A stretch of DNA of 64,000 nt from Tubulanus polymorphus (GCF_964204645.1 NC_134030.1:2153355-2217354), one strand, 5' to 3'. Positions 26,301 through 41,037 are shown, numbered from the stretch's first letter. Numbers and translations: made by a program. The notes: generated by a model not told the origin, from the letters alone.

Positions 26301-28059
26301 GTATTGAGACTTTTCAGATATTCATATAAAAATAAACAACTTATTTCATCATTAACAATTTTATAATTTTTTTCCTACAGTTTAAAGAATCTGTGAAAGG
26401 CGATGATCTGCTAATTACACTCATGGTTGTGTTGGCTACTGATGAGTGGTATGTATCGTATCTGGAACCAATTTTACTTTGATTTCAACAACTAATTTCT
26501 TATGATTTTCTCCATTTCATTTTCCATTAGAAGGAACTGTGTTATTATGATTTGTCTGAGTGTCCGTTAATGTTAGTTGAACTGTAACTCAGAGAACTGA
26601 ACCATGGATGTGACAACTCCACACAGATGTCATGTATGTATCTGGACAATTTTCATTATCAATGTCTTTCTGTTTTAGTTTTCCTGCAGAAGAATCTGAT
26701 AAATATAATGTTATGGACTTTGTGTTTTTCTTTTTAGTGTCCATCATCATTAGTTTAACTGTAGCCGATAACTTAAAACCTAAACCGAGGATGTAATATT
26801 GCCACAGATATCATGTATGTATCACGACAACTTATGTTATCAACGTCTTTCTGTTTTATTCTTTTTCTGTTCTGCAGAAGAATCATGAATATCATTGAAT
26901 CTGTTATTTTCATTTCAGTGTTCGTCATAATAAGCTGAACACATAAATAATAAACGTACAAACTCCACTGGTAGAGTCACCTACAGACACATGGTATGTG
27001 TATAGAGACAAATTCAATGAATCTGAAATACTTTGTTTCTTAGTTATAAATGTTTTTCCATATTGTTTTAATCTGTTAGGAGATGAACTGAACAAATCAA
27101 CAGTTCAAATCCTCCATCAATAAGTGGTATGTATGAAGACAGAATTTCAACAACTTATTTCATAATTTCCTGCAATAGAATCTGATAAATCTGAATCTGT
27201 TGTTTTCATTTCAGTGTCAATCATTGTTCGTTGAACTGTAAAGAATGAATGAACCAACATCTTATTTGAACTGAACTTTAGAGTCCATGGTTGAGTCAGC
27301 TATAGACATACAGTATGTGGTATGTGGGTATGGAGGCAATTTCAATTTAATTGAAACACTTGTTTCATTATAATTATTTATGATTATTATGATTATCCAT
27401 TTTGTTTTAATCTGTTTAGGAGAAACCTGAACCAAGGATGTTATATTGCCACAGATATCATGTATGTATCACAACAACTTTTGTTATCAACGTCTTTCTG
27501 TTTTATTCTGTTTCTGTTCTGCAGAAGAATCTGAGATGAATATAATGTTATGGACTGAATGTGTTTTTCATTTCAGTTTCCATCAATGTTAGTTGAACTG
27601 TAACTCAGAGAAGTGAACCGTGGATGTTATAACTCCACAGATGTCATGTATGCATCTGGACAATTTTCATTATCAATGAATATCTGTATTTTTCGAAATC
27701 TATGAAATAGATGTCATTGAATCTGTTATCTTCATTTCAGTGTCCTAAGTTGAACAGTAAAGGATAGAACCAATAGCTGAATTGAACTGAACTCCTCCGG
27801 CAATGTTTGAGTCAGCTTCAGATATGAGTGGTATGTGTGTATGGAGACGAATTCAATTTGTGAGAATCTGTGAGATATAAATGTTACAATGTAGAATTTG
27901 TTATTTTCATTTCAGTGTCCATCAATATTAAGCTGAACTGATTCAGAATGAACTTATAGATAATGAACTGAATTGCTGGAGTCAGCTACTACTGGTCTGT
28001 GGTATGTGGTTGGAGTCAGAAACTCATCAATTACTTCATGATTTCTAGTAATATAATCT

Positions 28060-28286
28060 CAGAGCTGCCAACAGTTACTGATTTCCTGTATTTGTTGTTT
28101 CTACCAGTATTTGATAACAAGAAATACTGATTTGATTTGTTTGATGTGCACATAAATGTGAAAGATGTGACTGATGATCTACCATTGATTGCTGATGAAT
28201 TGAACGTTTTCTTTCACATTTCATTGAAATGTTACTGAAAAAAGCTCAATTTGTTACTGAAAGCACCTCAGAGGTTGGCAGCCCTG
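28060..28286. mobile_element. hAT-like MITE inserted in an array intron
   Basis: TIRs CAGAGCTGCCAAC / GTTGGCAGCCCTG flanked by the direct repeat TAATCT. Confidence 0.75.
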
Positions 28287-31200
28287 TAATCTGATAAATA
28301 AATGTAATAAACAGATTGTTCTCATTTCAGTGTCCGATCAATGTTAGTTACACTATAAGGAATAGACCCAGTAGCTGAATTGAACTGAACTGATCCACAG
28401 TGAATGTTTGAGTCACCTTCAGATATTAGTGGTATGTCTGTATGCAGACAAAATTCTATTTTAACAACTGATTTTGTGTTTTAAATCTTTGAAATAAGTA
28501 GGCCTATAATATCATTGAATCTGTTATTTTCATTTCAGTGTTTGTCATTATAAGCTGAACTGGTAAATGATAAATGTACAAACTCCACTGGTTGAGTCAC
28601 CTACAGACACATGGTATGTGTATAGAGACAAATTCAAAGAATCTGAAATACTTTGTTTCTTAGTTATAAATGATTTTCCATTTTGTTTTAATCTGTTTAG
28701 GAGAAACCTGAACCAAGGATGTTATATTGCCACAGATATCATGTATGTATCACGACAACTTTTTTTATCAACGTCTTTCTGTTTTATTCTATTTCTGTTC
28801 TGCAGAAGAATCTGAGATGAATATAATGTTATGGACTGAATGTGTTTTTCATTTCAGTTTCCATCAATGTTAGTTGAACTGTAACTCAGAGAAGTGAACC
28901 GTGGATGTTATAACTCCACAGATGTCATGTATGCATCAGGACATTTTTCATTATCAATGAATATATGTTTTGTTTTTTCGAAATCTATGAAATAAATGTG
29001 ATTGAATCTGTTATTTTCATTTCAGTGTCCTAAGTTGAACTGTAAAGGATAGAACCAATGGCTGAATTGAACTGAACTCCTCAGTCAATGTTTGAGTCGG
29101 CTTCAGATATGAGTGGTATGTGTGTATGGAGACGAATTCAATTTGTGAGAATCTGTGAGATATAAATGTTACAATGTAGAATTTGTTATTCTCATTTCAG
29201 TGTCCATCAATATTAAGCTGAACTGATTCAGAATGAACTTATAGATAATGAACTGAATTGCTGGAGTCAGCTACTGGTGTGTGGTATGTGTATATGCAGA
29301 CAAAATTCTATTTTAACAACTGATTTTGTGTTATAAATCTTTAAAATAAGTAGGCCTATAATATCATTGAATCTGTTATTTTCATTTCAGTGTTTGTCAT
29401 TATAAGCTGAACTGGTAAATAATAAACGTACAAACTCCACTGGTTGAGTCACCTACAGACACATGGTATGTGTATAGAGACAAATTCAATGAATCTGAAA
29501 TACTTTGTTTCTTAGTTATAAATGATTTTCCATTTTGTTTTAATCTGTTAGGAGATGAACTGAACAAATCACCAGTTCAAATCCTGTATCAATAAGTGGT
29601 ATGTATGAAGACAGATTTTTAACAACTTACATCATAATTTCCTGCAATAGAATCTGATAAATCTGAATCTGTTGTTTTCATTTCAGTGTCAATCATTGTT
29701 CGTTGAACTGTAAAGAATGAATGAACCAACATCTTATTTGAACTGAACTCTACAGTCCATGGTTGAATCAGCTATAGACATACAGTACGTGGTATGTGGG
29801 TATGGAGGCAATTTCAAGTGATTTCAAACACTTGTTTCATTATAATTATTGTAAATGATTATAAATTTTATTATCCATTTTGTTTTAATCTGTTTAGGAG
29901 AAACCTGAACCAAGGATGTAATATTGCCACAGATATCATGTATGTATGACGACAACTTTTGTTATCAACGTCTTTCTGTTTTATTCTGTTTCTGTTCTGC
30001 AGAAGAATCTGAGATGAATATAATGTTATGGACTGAATTCGTTTTTCATTTTAGTTTCCATCAATGTTAGTTGAACTGTAACTGAGAGAAGTGAACCGTG
30101 GATGTTATAACTCCACACAGAAGTCATGTATGTATCAGGACAACTTTCATTATCAATGAATATCTGTTTAAATTTTTCGAAATCTATGAAATAAATGTCA
30201 TTGAATCTGTTATTTTCATTTCAGTGTCCTAAGTTGAACTGTAAAGGATAGAACCAATAGCTGAATTGAACTGAACTCCTCCAGCAATGTTTGAGTCAGC
30301 TACAGATATGAGTGGTATGTGTGTATGGAGACGAATTCAATTTGTGAGAATCTGTGAGATATAAATGTTACAATGTAGAACTTGTTATTCTCATTTCAGT
30401 GTCCATCAATATTAAGCTGAACTGATGCAGAATGAACTTATAGATAATGAACTGAATTGCTGGAGTCAGCTACTGGTATGTGGTATGTGTGTATGCAGAC
30501 AAAATTCTATTATTTTAACAACTGATTTTGTGTTTTAAATCTTTAAAATAAGTAGGCCTATAATATCATTGAATCTGTTATTTTCATTTCAGTGTTCGTC
30601 ATAATAAACTGAACTGGTAAATAATAAACGTACAAATTCCACTGGTTGAGTCACCTACAGACACATGGTATGTGTATAGAGACAAATTCAATGAATCTGA
30701 AATACTTTGTTTCTTAGTTATAAATGATTTTCCATTTTGTTTTAATCTGTTAGGAGATGAACTGAACAAATCAACAGTTCAAATCCTGTATCAATAAGTG
30801 GTATGTATGAAAACAGAATTTCAACAACTTATTTCATAATTTCCTGCAATGGAATCTGATAAATCTGAATCTGTTGTTTTCATTTCAGTGTCAATCATTG
30901 TTCGTTGAACTGTAAAGAATGAATGAACCAACATCTTATTTGAACCGAGTTCCACAGTCCGTGGTCGCTTCAGCTACTGACATACAGTACGTGGTGTGTG
31001 TATGGAGGCAATTTCAATTGATTTCAAACACTTGTTTCATTATAATTATTGTAAATGATCATGATTTTTATTATCCATTTTGTTTTAATCTGTTTAGGAG
31101 AAACCTGAACCAAGGATGTAATATTGCCACAGATATCATGTATGTATCACGACAACTTTTGTTATCAACGTCTTTCTGTTTTATTCTTTTTCTGTTCTGC

Positions 31201-34200
31201 AGAAGAATCTTGAGATGAATATAATGTTATGGACTGAATGTGTTTTTCATTTTAGTTTCCATCGATGTTAGTTGAACTGTAACTGAGAGAAGTGAACCGT
31301 GGATGTTATAACTCCACAGATGTCATGTATGTATCAGGACAACTTATATTATCAATGAATATCTGTTAAAATTTTCTAAATCTATGGAATAGATGTCATT
31401 GAATCTGTTATTTTCATTCCAGTGTCCAAAGTTGAACTGTAAAGGATAGAACCAATAGCTGAATTGAACTGAACTCCTCCAGCAATGTTTGAGTCAGCTA
31501 CAGATATGAGTGGTATGTGTGTATGGAGACGAATTCAATTTGTGAGAATCTGTGAGATATGAATGTTACAATGTAGAACTTGTTATTCTCATTTCAGTGT
31601 CCATCAATATTAAGCTGAACTGATTCAGAATGAACTTATAGATAATGAATTGAATTGCTGGAGTCAGCTACTGGTGTGTGGTATGTGTGTATGCAGACGA
31701 AATTCTATTATTTTAACAACTGATTTTGTGTTTTAAATCTTTAAAATAAGTAGGCCTATAATATCATTGAATCTGTTATTTTCATTTCAGTGTTCGTCAT
31801 AATAAACTGAACTGGTAAATAATAAACGTACAAATTCCACTGGTTGAGTCACCTACAGACACATGGTATGTGTATAGAGACAAATTCAATGAATCTGAAA
31901 TACTTTGTTTCTTAGTTATAAATGATTTTCCAAATTGTATATTAATCTGTTAGGAGATGAACTGAACAAATCAACAGTTCAAATCCTGTAGCAATAAGTG
32001 GTATGTATGAAGACAGAATTTCAACAACTTATTTCATAGTTTCCTGCAATAGAATCTGATAAATCTGAATCTGTTATTTTCATTTCAGTGTTTGCCATAA
32101 TAAACTGAACTGGTAAATAATTAACGTACAAACTCCACTGGTTGAGTCACCTACAGACACATGGTATGTGTATAGAGATTAATTCAATGAATCTGAAATA
32201 CTTTGTTTCTTAGTTATAAATGATTTTCCATTTTTTTTAAATCTGCTAGGAGAGGAACTGAACAAATCAACAGTTCGAATTCTGTATCAATAAGTGGTAT
32301 GTATGAAAATAGAATTTCAACAACTTATTTCATAATTTCCTGCAATAGAATCTGATAAATAACTGCCATTGAATCCGTTGTTTTCATTTCAGTGTCAATC
32401 ATTGTTCGTTGAACTGTAAAGAATGAATGAACCAACATCTTATTTGAACTGAACTCTACAGTCCATGGTTGAATCAGCTATAGACATACAGTACGTGGTA
32501 TGTGTGTATGGAGGCAATTTCAATTTATTTGAAACACTTGTTTCATTATAATTATTGTTAATGATTATTATGATTATCCATTTTGTTTTAATCTGTTTAG
32601 GAGAAACCTGAACCAAGGATGTTATATTGCCACAGATATCATGTATGTATCTCGACAACTTTTGTTATCAACGTCTTTCTGTTTTATTCTGTTTCTGTTC
32701 TGCAGAAGAATCTGAGATGAATATAATGTTATGGACTGAATTCGTTTTTCATTTTAGTTTCCATCAATGTTAGTTGAACTGTAACTCAGAGAAGTGAACC
32801 ATGGATGTTATAACTCCACACAGAAGTCATGTATGTATCAGGACAACTTTCATTATCAATGAATATGTTTTATTTTTCGAAATCTATGAAATAGATGTCA
32901 TTGAATCTGTTATCTTCATTTCAGTGTCCTAAGTTGAACAGTAAAGGATAGAACCGATAGCTGAATTGAACTCAACTCCTCCGGCAATGTTTGAGTCAGC
33001 TACAGATATAAGTGGTATGTGTGTATGGAGACAAATTCAATTTGTGAGAATCTGTGAGATATAAATGTTACAATGTAGAATTTGTTATTCTCATTTCAGT
33101 GTCCTTCAATATTAAGCTGAACTGATTCAGAATGAACTTAAAGATAATGAACTGAATTGCTGGAGTCAGCTACTGGTGTGTGGTATGTGTGTATGCAGAC
33201 AAAATTCTATTTTAACTACTGATTTTGTGTTTTATAAATCTTTAAAATAAGTAGGCCTAAAATATCATTGAATCTGTCATTTTCATTTCAGTGTTTGTCA
33301 TTATAAGCTGAACTGGTAAATAATAAACGTACAAACTCCACTGGTTGAGTCACCTACAGACACATGGTATGTGTATAGAGACAAATTCAATGAATCTGAA
33401 ATACTTAGTTTCTTAGTTATAAATGATTTTCAATTTTGTTTTAATCTGTTAGGAGATGAACTGAACAAATCAACAGTTCAAATCCTGTATCAATAAGTGG
33501 TATGTATGAAGACAGAATTTCAACAACTTATTTCATAATTTCCTGCGATAGAATCAGTTAAATCTGAATCTGCTGTTTTCATTTCAGTGTCAATCATTGT
33601 TCGTTGAACTATAAAGAATGAATGAACCAGCATCTTATTTGAACTGAACTCTACAGTCCATGGTTGAGTCAGCTATAGACATACAGTACGTGGTATGTGG
33701 GTATGGAGGCAATTTCAATTGATTTCAAACACTTGTTTCATTATAATTATTGTTAATGATTATTATGATTATCCATTTTGTTTTAATCTGTTTAGGAGAA
33801 ACCTGAACCAAGGATGTTATATTGCCACAGATGTCATGTATGTATCACAACAACTTTTGTAATCAACGTCTTTCTGTTTTATTCTGTTTCTGTTCTGCAG
33901 AAGAATCTGAGATGAATATAATGTTATGGACTGAATGTGTTTTTCATTTCAGTTTCCATCAATGTTAGTTGAACTGTAACTGAGAGAAGTGAACCATGGA
34001 TGTTATAACTCCACACAGAAGTCATGTATGTATCAGGACAACTTTCATTATCAATGAATATATGTTTTGTTTTTTTGAAATCTATGGAATAGATGTGATT
34101 GAATCTGTTATTTTCATTTCAGTATCCGAAGTTGAATTGAAAAGGATAGAACCAATGGCTGAATTGAACTGAACTCCTCCGTCAATGTTTGAGTCAGCTA

Positions 34201-37200
34201 CCGATATGAGTGGTATGTGTGTATGGAGACGAATTCAATTTGTGAGAATCTGTGAGAAATGAATTTTATAATGTAGAACTTGTTTTTCTCATTTCAGTGT
34301 CCATCAATATTAAGCTGAACTGATTCAGAATGAACTTAAAGATAATGAACTGAATTGCTGGAGTCAGCTACTGGTGTGTGGTATGTGTGTATGCAGACAA
34401 AATTCTATTTTAACTACTGATTTTGTGTTTTGTAAATCTTTGAAATAAGTAGGCCTAGAATATCATTGAATCTGTTATTTTCATTTCAGTGTTTGTCATA
34501 ATAAGCTGAACTGGCAAATAATAAACGTACAAATTCCACTGGTTGAGTCACCTACAGACACATGGTATGTGTATAGAGACAAATTCAATGAATCTGAAAT
34601 ACTTTGTTTCTTAGTTATAAATGTTTTTCCATATTGTTTTAATCTGTTAGGAGATGAACTGAACAAATCAACAGTTCAAATCCTCCATCAATAAGTGGTA
34701 TGTATGAAGCCAGAATTTTAACAACTTATTTCATAATTTGCTGCAATAGAATCTGATGAATAATTGCCATTAAATCTGTTGTTTTCATTTCAGTGTCAAT
34801 CATTGTTCGTTGAACTGTAAAGAATGAATGAACCAACATCTTATTTGAACTGAACTCTACAGTCCATGGTTGACTCAGCTATAGACATACAGTACGTGGT
34901 ATGTGGGTATGGAGGCAATTTCAATTTATTTGAAGCACTTGTTTCATTATAATTATTGTTAATGATTATTATGATTATCCATTTTGTTTTAATCTGTTTA
35001 GGAGAAACCTGAACCAAGGATGTTATATTGCCACAGATATCATGTATGTATCTCGACAACTTTTGTTATCAACGTCTTTCTGTTTATTCTGTTTCTGCAG
35101 AAGAATCTGAGATGAATATAATGTTATGGACCGAATGTATTTTTCATTTTAGTTTCCATCGATGTTAGTTGAACTGTAACTCAGAGAAGTGAACCATGGA
35201 TGTTATAACTCCACAGATGTCATGTATGTGTCTGGACAACTTTCATTATCAATGAATATCTGTTTAAATTTTTCGAAATCTATGAAATAGATGTCATTGA
35301 ATCTGTTATCTTCATTTCAGTGTCCTAAGTTGAACTGTAAAGGATAGAACCGATAGCTGAATTGAACTGAACTCCTCCGACCATGTTTGAGTCAGCTACA
35401 GATATGAGTGGTATGTGCGTATGCAGACGAATTCAATTTGTGAGAATTTGTGAGATATAAATGTTACAATGTAGAATTTGTTATTCTCATTTCAGTGTCC
35501 ATCAATATTAACCTGAACTGATTCAGAATGAACTTATAGATAATGAACTGAATTGCTGGAGTCAGCTACTGGTGAGTGGTATGTGTATATGCAGACAAAA
35601 TTCTATTTTAACAACTGATTTTGTGTTTTATAAATCTTTAAAATAAGTAGGCCTATAATATCATTTAATCTGTTATTTTCATTTCAGTGTTTGTCATAAT
35701 AAACTGAACTGGTAAATAATAAACGTACAAACTCCACTGGTTGAGTCACCTACAGACACATGGTATGTGTATAGAGACAAATTCAATGAATCTGAAATAC
35801 TTTGTTTCTTAGTTATAAATGATTTTCCATTTTGTTTTACTCTGTTAGGAGATGAACTGAACAAATCAACAGTTCAAATCCTGTATCAATAAGTGGTATG
35901 TATGAAAACAGAATTTCAACAACTTATTTCATAATTTCCTGCAATAGAATCTGATAAATCTGAATCTGTTGTTTTCATTTCAGTGTCAATCATTGTTCGT
36001 TGAACTGTAAAGAATGAATGAACCAACATCTTATTTGAACTGAACTCTACAGTCCATGGTTGAGTCAGCTATAGACATACAGTACGTGGTATGTGGGTAC
36101 GGAGGCAATTTCAATTGATTTCAAACACTTGTTTCATTATAATTATTGTTAATGATTATTATGATTATCCATTTTGTTTTAATCTGTTTAGGAGAAACCT
36201 GAACCAAGGATGTTATATTGCCACAGATATCATGTATGTATCACGACAACTTTTTTTATCAACGTCTTTCTGTTTTATTCTATTTCTGTTCTGCAGAAGA
36301 ATCTGAGATGAATATAATGTTATGGACTGAATGTGTTTTTATTTCAGTTTCCATCAATGTTAGTTGAACTGTAACTGAGAGAAGTGAACCGGGGATGTTA
36401 TAACTCCACACAGAAGTCATGTATGCATCTGGACAACTTTCATTATCAATGAATATCTGTTTAAATTTTTCGAAATCTATGAAATAGGTTTCATTGAATC
36501 TGTTATTTTCATTTCAGTGTCCAAAGTTGAACTGTTTAGGATAGAACCAATAGCTGAATTGAACTGGACTCCTCCAGCAATGTTTGAGTCAGCTTCAGAT
36601 GTGAGTGGTATGTGTGTATGGAGACGAATTCAATTTCTACAAGTGATTTTGTGATTTAATTTCTGAAGAGGAATCTTACAAAGATAAATGTCATAGAGTC
36701 TGTTGTTTTCATTTCAGCGTCCATCATTATCATTAGTTCAACTATAAGGAGTAGAACCATGATGACTCCTCCAGCAATGTTTGAGTCAGCCTCAGATATG
36801 AGTGGTATGTGTGTATGGAGACAAATTCAATTTGTGAGAATCTGTGAGATATAAATGATACAATGTAGAATTTGTTATTCTCATTTCAGTGTCCATCAAT
36901 ATTAAGCTGAACTGATGCAGAATGAACTTATAGATAATGAATTGAATTGCTGGAGTCAGCTACTGGTGTGTGGTATGTGTATATGCAGACAAAATTCTAT
37001 TTTAACAACTGATTTTGTGTTTTAAATCTTTAAAATAAGTAGGCCTAAAATATCACTGAATCTGTTATTTTCATTTCAGTTTTTGTCATTATAAGCTGAA
37101 CTGGTAAATAATAAACGTACAAATTCCACTGGTTGAGTCACCTACAGACACATGGTATGTGTATAGAGACAAATTCAATGAATCTGAAAAACTTTGTTTC

Positions 37201-37883
37201 TTAGTTATAAATGATTTTCCATTTTGTTTTAATCTGTTAGGAGATGAACTGAACAAATCAACAGTTCAAATCCTGTATCAATAAGTGGTATGTATGAAAA
37301 CAGAATTTCAACAACTTATTTCATAGTTTCCTGCAATAGAATCTGATAAATCTGAATCAGTTGTTTTCATTTCAGCGTCAATCATTGTATGTTGAACTGT
37401 AAAGAATGAATAGCTGAATTGCCGAATCGAACTCCTCAGTTAGTGGTTGAGTCGCCTTCAGATATTAGTGGTATGTGTTTTAGTGGCTGAAAAAATTCAA
37501 TTTTGTATTTTAATTTCTGAAGAGGAATCATACAAAGATAAATGTTGTAGAATCTGTTGTTTTCATTTCAGTGTCCGTCAATATTAGTTGAACTATAAGG
37601 ATGATAGCTGAATTGAACTGAACTCCTTAGTCAATGTTTGAGTCACCTTCAGCAGATATGAGTGGTATGTGTTTATGGAGACGAATTCAATTACTGATTT
37701 TGTGATTTATTTTCTGTAGAGATTAATGTTATTGAATCTGTTGTTTTCATTTCAGTGTCATTGATTATTAGTTGAACTGTAAGGAGTGAAACCAAAAGCT
37801 GATTTTAAGTGAGCTCCACGGTCGATGTTTGAGTTGTACCGGTATGTATTGCGAGCAGATAAAACAGCTTACATTTATAATTA

Positions 37884-38607
37884 CAGTGAACCCCCGATAT
37901 ACCGCCCTCCCATTTACCGCCATCCCCGCGCCTGCCGCCAGGTTTTCTCAATGTACATCTCTATCTCGCATCGACTATTGCAACAGTTTGTTAATTGGAT
38001 TATCTGCAGACTTAACGCATAAACTTCAAGTTCTCCAGAATTCAGCTGCACGTTTGGTATCTAGGTCACACAAATTCGACCATATCACTCCAGTTCTTCA
38101 GGACCTACACTGGCTACCTGTTTCTGCAAGAATCCAGTATAAAGTCGCTCTGTTAACGTTCAAGGCATTGAATAACCTGGCTCCAGTATACTTATCCGGA
38201 TTATTACAAGTCTCTGTACCTGTCAGACTTCTATGTTCTGCCAATCAGGAGGACTGGTTGTTCCTATTTTCCGCTTGTCTTTATATGGTGGCAGAACATT
38301 CTCCACATATGCTCCCAGATTGTGGAATAACCTTCTTGCGGACATACCTGACCCCATGTCTTTGTCTTGTGAATCATTCAAGCGAACACTCAAAACCGTT
38401 CTTTTCCCTGCCAGTTACTTATAGTTTCTAGAGGGGCTCATTTGAACTTATATTCTTAAGGAGCCTTGCGCTATATAAATGACAATTTATTATTATTATT
38501 ATTATTATACAAATACATAGGAAAACACCCCCGATATACCGCCATACTCTGATCTATACCGCCAAAATCGTGTGCTCTGATGTGGGCGGTATATCGGGGG
38601 TTGACTA
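37884..38607. mobile_element. Tc1/mariner (pogo/Tigger-like) MITE hosting the L2 insertion
   Basis: TA|CAGTGAACCCCCGATATACCGCC ... GGCGGTATATCGGGGGTTGACT TIRs; uninterrupted relative at ~48650-48808. Confidence 0.75.
37961..38507 (+). mobile_element. 5'-truncated L2-clade (CR1 group) LINE, 3' end of ORF2
   Basis: SRIDYCNSLL...KLQVLQNSAARLV...HITPVLQDLHWLPV..RIQYKV signature, frameshifted continuation (YGGRTFSTYAPRLWNNL), (ATT)n tail. Confidence 0.9.
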
Positions 38608-38620
38608 CATGATTCTGTTA

Positions 38621-38772
38621 TAGTAACTTCACATTACTCGGACATGGCACCGAGTCAGACTTTGGACTAATTCTGACAAAAAAAAATTTTTTTTCTGACT
38701 CCCTTATGCATTTTCCTATTGTTATCCTAAACAATTTTGCTGGTTTGTCCGAGTAAGGCGAGGTCTACTGTA
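38621..38772. mobile_element. Short pogo-like MITE
   Basis: Degenerate TIRs tagtaacttcacattactcggaca / tgtccgagtaaggcgaggtctactg|ta. Confidence 0.5.
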
Positions 38773-41037
38773 TTTTACCACAAAACAATATCTTATAAAT
38801 ATCAGTGAATCTGTTATTTTCATTTCAGTGTTCGTCATAATAAGCTGAACTCGTAAATAATAAACGTACAAACTCCACTGGTTGAGTCACCTACAGACAC
38901 ATGGTATGTGTATAGAGATTAATTCAATGAATCTGAGAATACTTTGTTTCTTAGTTATAAATGATTTTCCATTTTGTTTTAATCTGTTAGGAGATGAACT
39001 GAACAAATCAACAGTTCAAATCCTGTATCAATAAGTGGTATGTATGAAGACAGAATTTCAACAACTTATTTCATAATTTCCTGCAATAGAATCTGATAAA
39101 TAATTGCCATTAAATCTGTTGTTTTCATTTCAGTGTCAATCATTGTTCGTTGAACTGTAAAGAATGAATGAACCAACATCTTATTTGAACTGAACTCTAC
39201 AGTCCAAGGTTGAGTCAGCTATAGACATACAGTACGTGGTGTGTGGGTATGGAGGCAATTTCAATAAATTTGAAACACTTATTTCATTACTATTATCAAT
39301 GATTTTCCATTTTGTTATAATCTGTTTAGGGGATGACAAATTGCCAGAGATGACCATGGATCAGTCGACATGTATGTATCAGGACAATTTTTGTTGTGTA
39401 GAGTAATCTAGAGAGGGATAAATCTTTAAGAATCTGTCATTTCTAATTTCAGTGTCCATCATCATGAGTTAATACGAATATCTGATTTGAACTGAACTAG
39501 GCAGTCATTCAACAGTCGAGATGCCTGTCACATATATAAGTTACGTATTTACTGCCAGCAGACAATTAAAACAACTTGCATCATTAATGATTAACTGTGA
39601 ATGAACTTGGGAACAGTCGTGCTCCTTAATACTATCAGTTACAGCCATATTTTGATATAATATCTGTCTAAACCTCTATCTCAATCCTTAACTTAATAAA
39701 TACTAATTCTTCCTTCTAACCTTCTACTAATTGTATGAGTCAAGAGATGGTTGTCATTGATAGAATTAGGTCCGCTATACTGACTAATTGTCATAATTTA
39801 TAATACCACTGCATACTATTGACTCTCCGTTTCAGTTTAATTGATTCAATAAGTCACCAACTTGTTATTTTCATTTCAGTGTCAATCATTATTAGTTGAT
39901 CTGCAAAGACTCAAACTGAATTCACTGCTGCTACAGATACACAATCAATCAATACAGTTCAATCAACTTTGAGACACTTATTTCTTTTAAATCGGCTAAG
40001 TGGTATGTATTAACACATAGGGGCGGATGTAACAAAATTGAAAAACTGGTTAAAATTGATATGTCATTCTACGTATTTTCAGCTACAAGTACCAGTTCCC
40101 CATTATTTCTACCAAATTCTGACCACAATCAATTCTTGAAAGACTCCTGGACAATGAAGAAGAAAGATTCATACAAACATAAGGTACTAGTAATTTTATT
40201 AATGAATGATTTTACTTATTATAAGTACAAGATTATTGACATAATTTCTTTAGTTATAGTATAAGTTAAAGTAAAGCTTATACTTTCATAGATTAATAGG
40301 TATGTTTATTGAACATTTTAATCAGTAAATTGGTGCTAATATTAGATGACAATAGTAGTTGATGAATTCATTATTGAAAGTACTTAGATCTTTTAGAATC
40401 GTATTCATTAAAGGTGCCGCCGCACACCAGATGGCACCACGTTATGGTCATTTTTACTACTAGACTGGTTGCCTGATGTGATAAATACAATACAATGAAC
40501 TTTATTCACATGTAATAACTGATACTAACCGCGATCATTTGTACCCATGTGGCACCCGTGTGAACAGTTTATCCGGGCCAAATTTGGCCCGACCAAAAAC
40601 GTCTGACCAAGCCGAGCCACGGGACAAATGATTGCGGTTGAAATGCAACTTGTTCCTGAAACTGCTCACGCTTTCAGTTTGTTGAGCGTTGTTTTAGTAG
40701 TCAAGGTTAGCGTGTGAGCCAGTCGGGCCAATTGGCTCGGGTCAGATCTGTGCTTGGTCTCTGGGCCAAACGTATACGTGTGATCGCAGCCAATATCTAT
40801 ACAAGCGCAGCCAAAACCTGCAGGCTGCATGATTCTGCGTAGTAGCTTGTCGAATTCTTCGCAACTGGCAACCAGATCTATATAGACCTATCGGAATCAT
40901 CGCTTGCCGCGTTAGCAGAGCTGTCTCGTGTAGTTAATAAGTGTTTATGTATTAATTGTAGGAATGCCTGGTGATGTAGAGCTTGAAGTTCATAGAAGCT
41001 GAAAACAGAGAAACCGGCTCTGAATCTATTGTGTATA

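Larger units (their letters stand above)
26895..39300 (+). repeat. ~1.2-kb higher-order tandem repeat of related monomers A-G (11 A-started copies, some partial)
   Basis: Unit A starts at 26919, 28539, 29391, 30593, 31791, 32089, 33292, 34490, 35688, 37080, 38829; complete periods are ~1198-1203 bp. Confidence 0.95.

Noticed and set aside
29466-30592. Array introns as box C/D snoRNA or mirtron hosts
   Set aside because: Only a degenerate ATGAAGA...CTGA about 40 nt apart in one intron type, too short and too close to the splice sites. No long hairpin spanning the introns was visible by eye; snoscan or RNAfold would settle it.
37829-38431. 200-aa ORF as a host gene
   Set aside because: Chimeric read-through of array, MITE and frameshifted L2 ORF2 sequence.
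26112-39300. Array as a protein-coding repeat or selenoprotein (recurrent TTG AAC TGA ACT)
   Set aside because: TAA and TAG also interrupt the frames, exon lengths are not consistently 3n, and no SECIS was recognised. Some variants have CGA at this position, so CpG decay may explain the TGA. A remote coding ancestry cannot be excluded.
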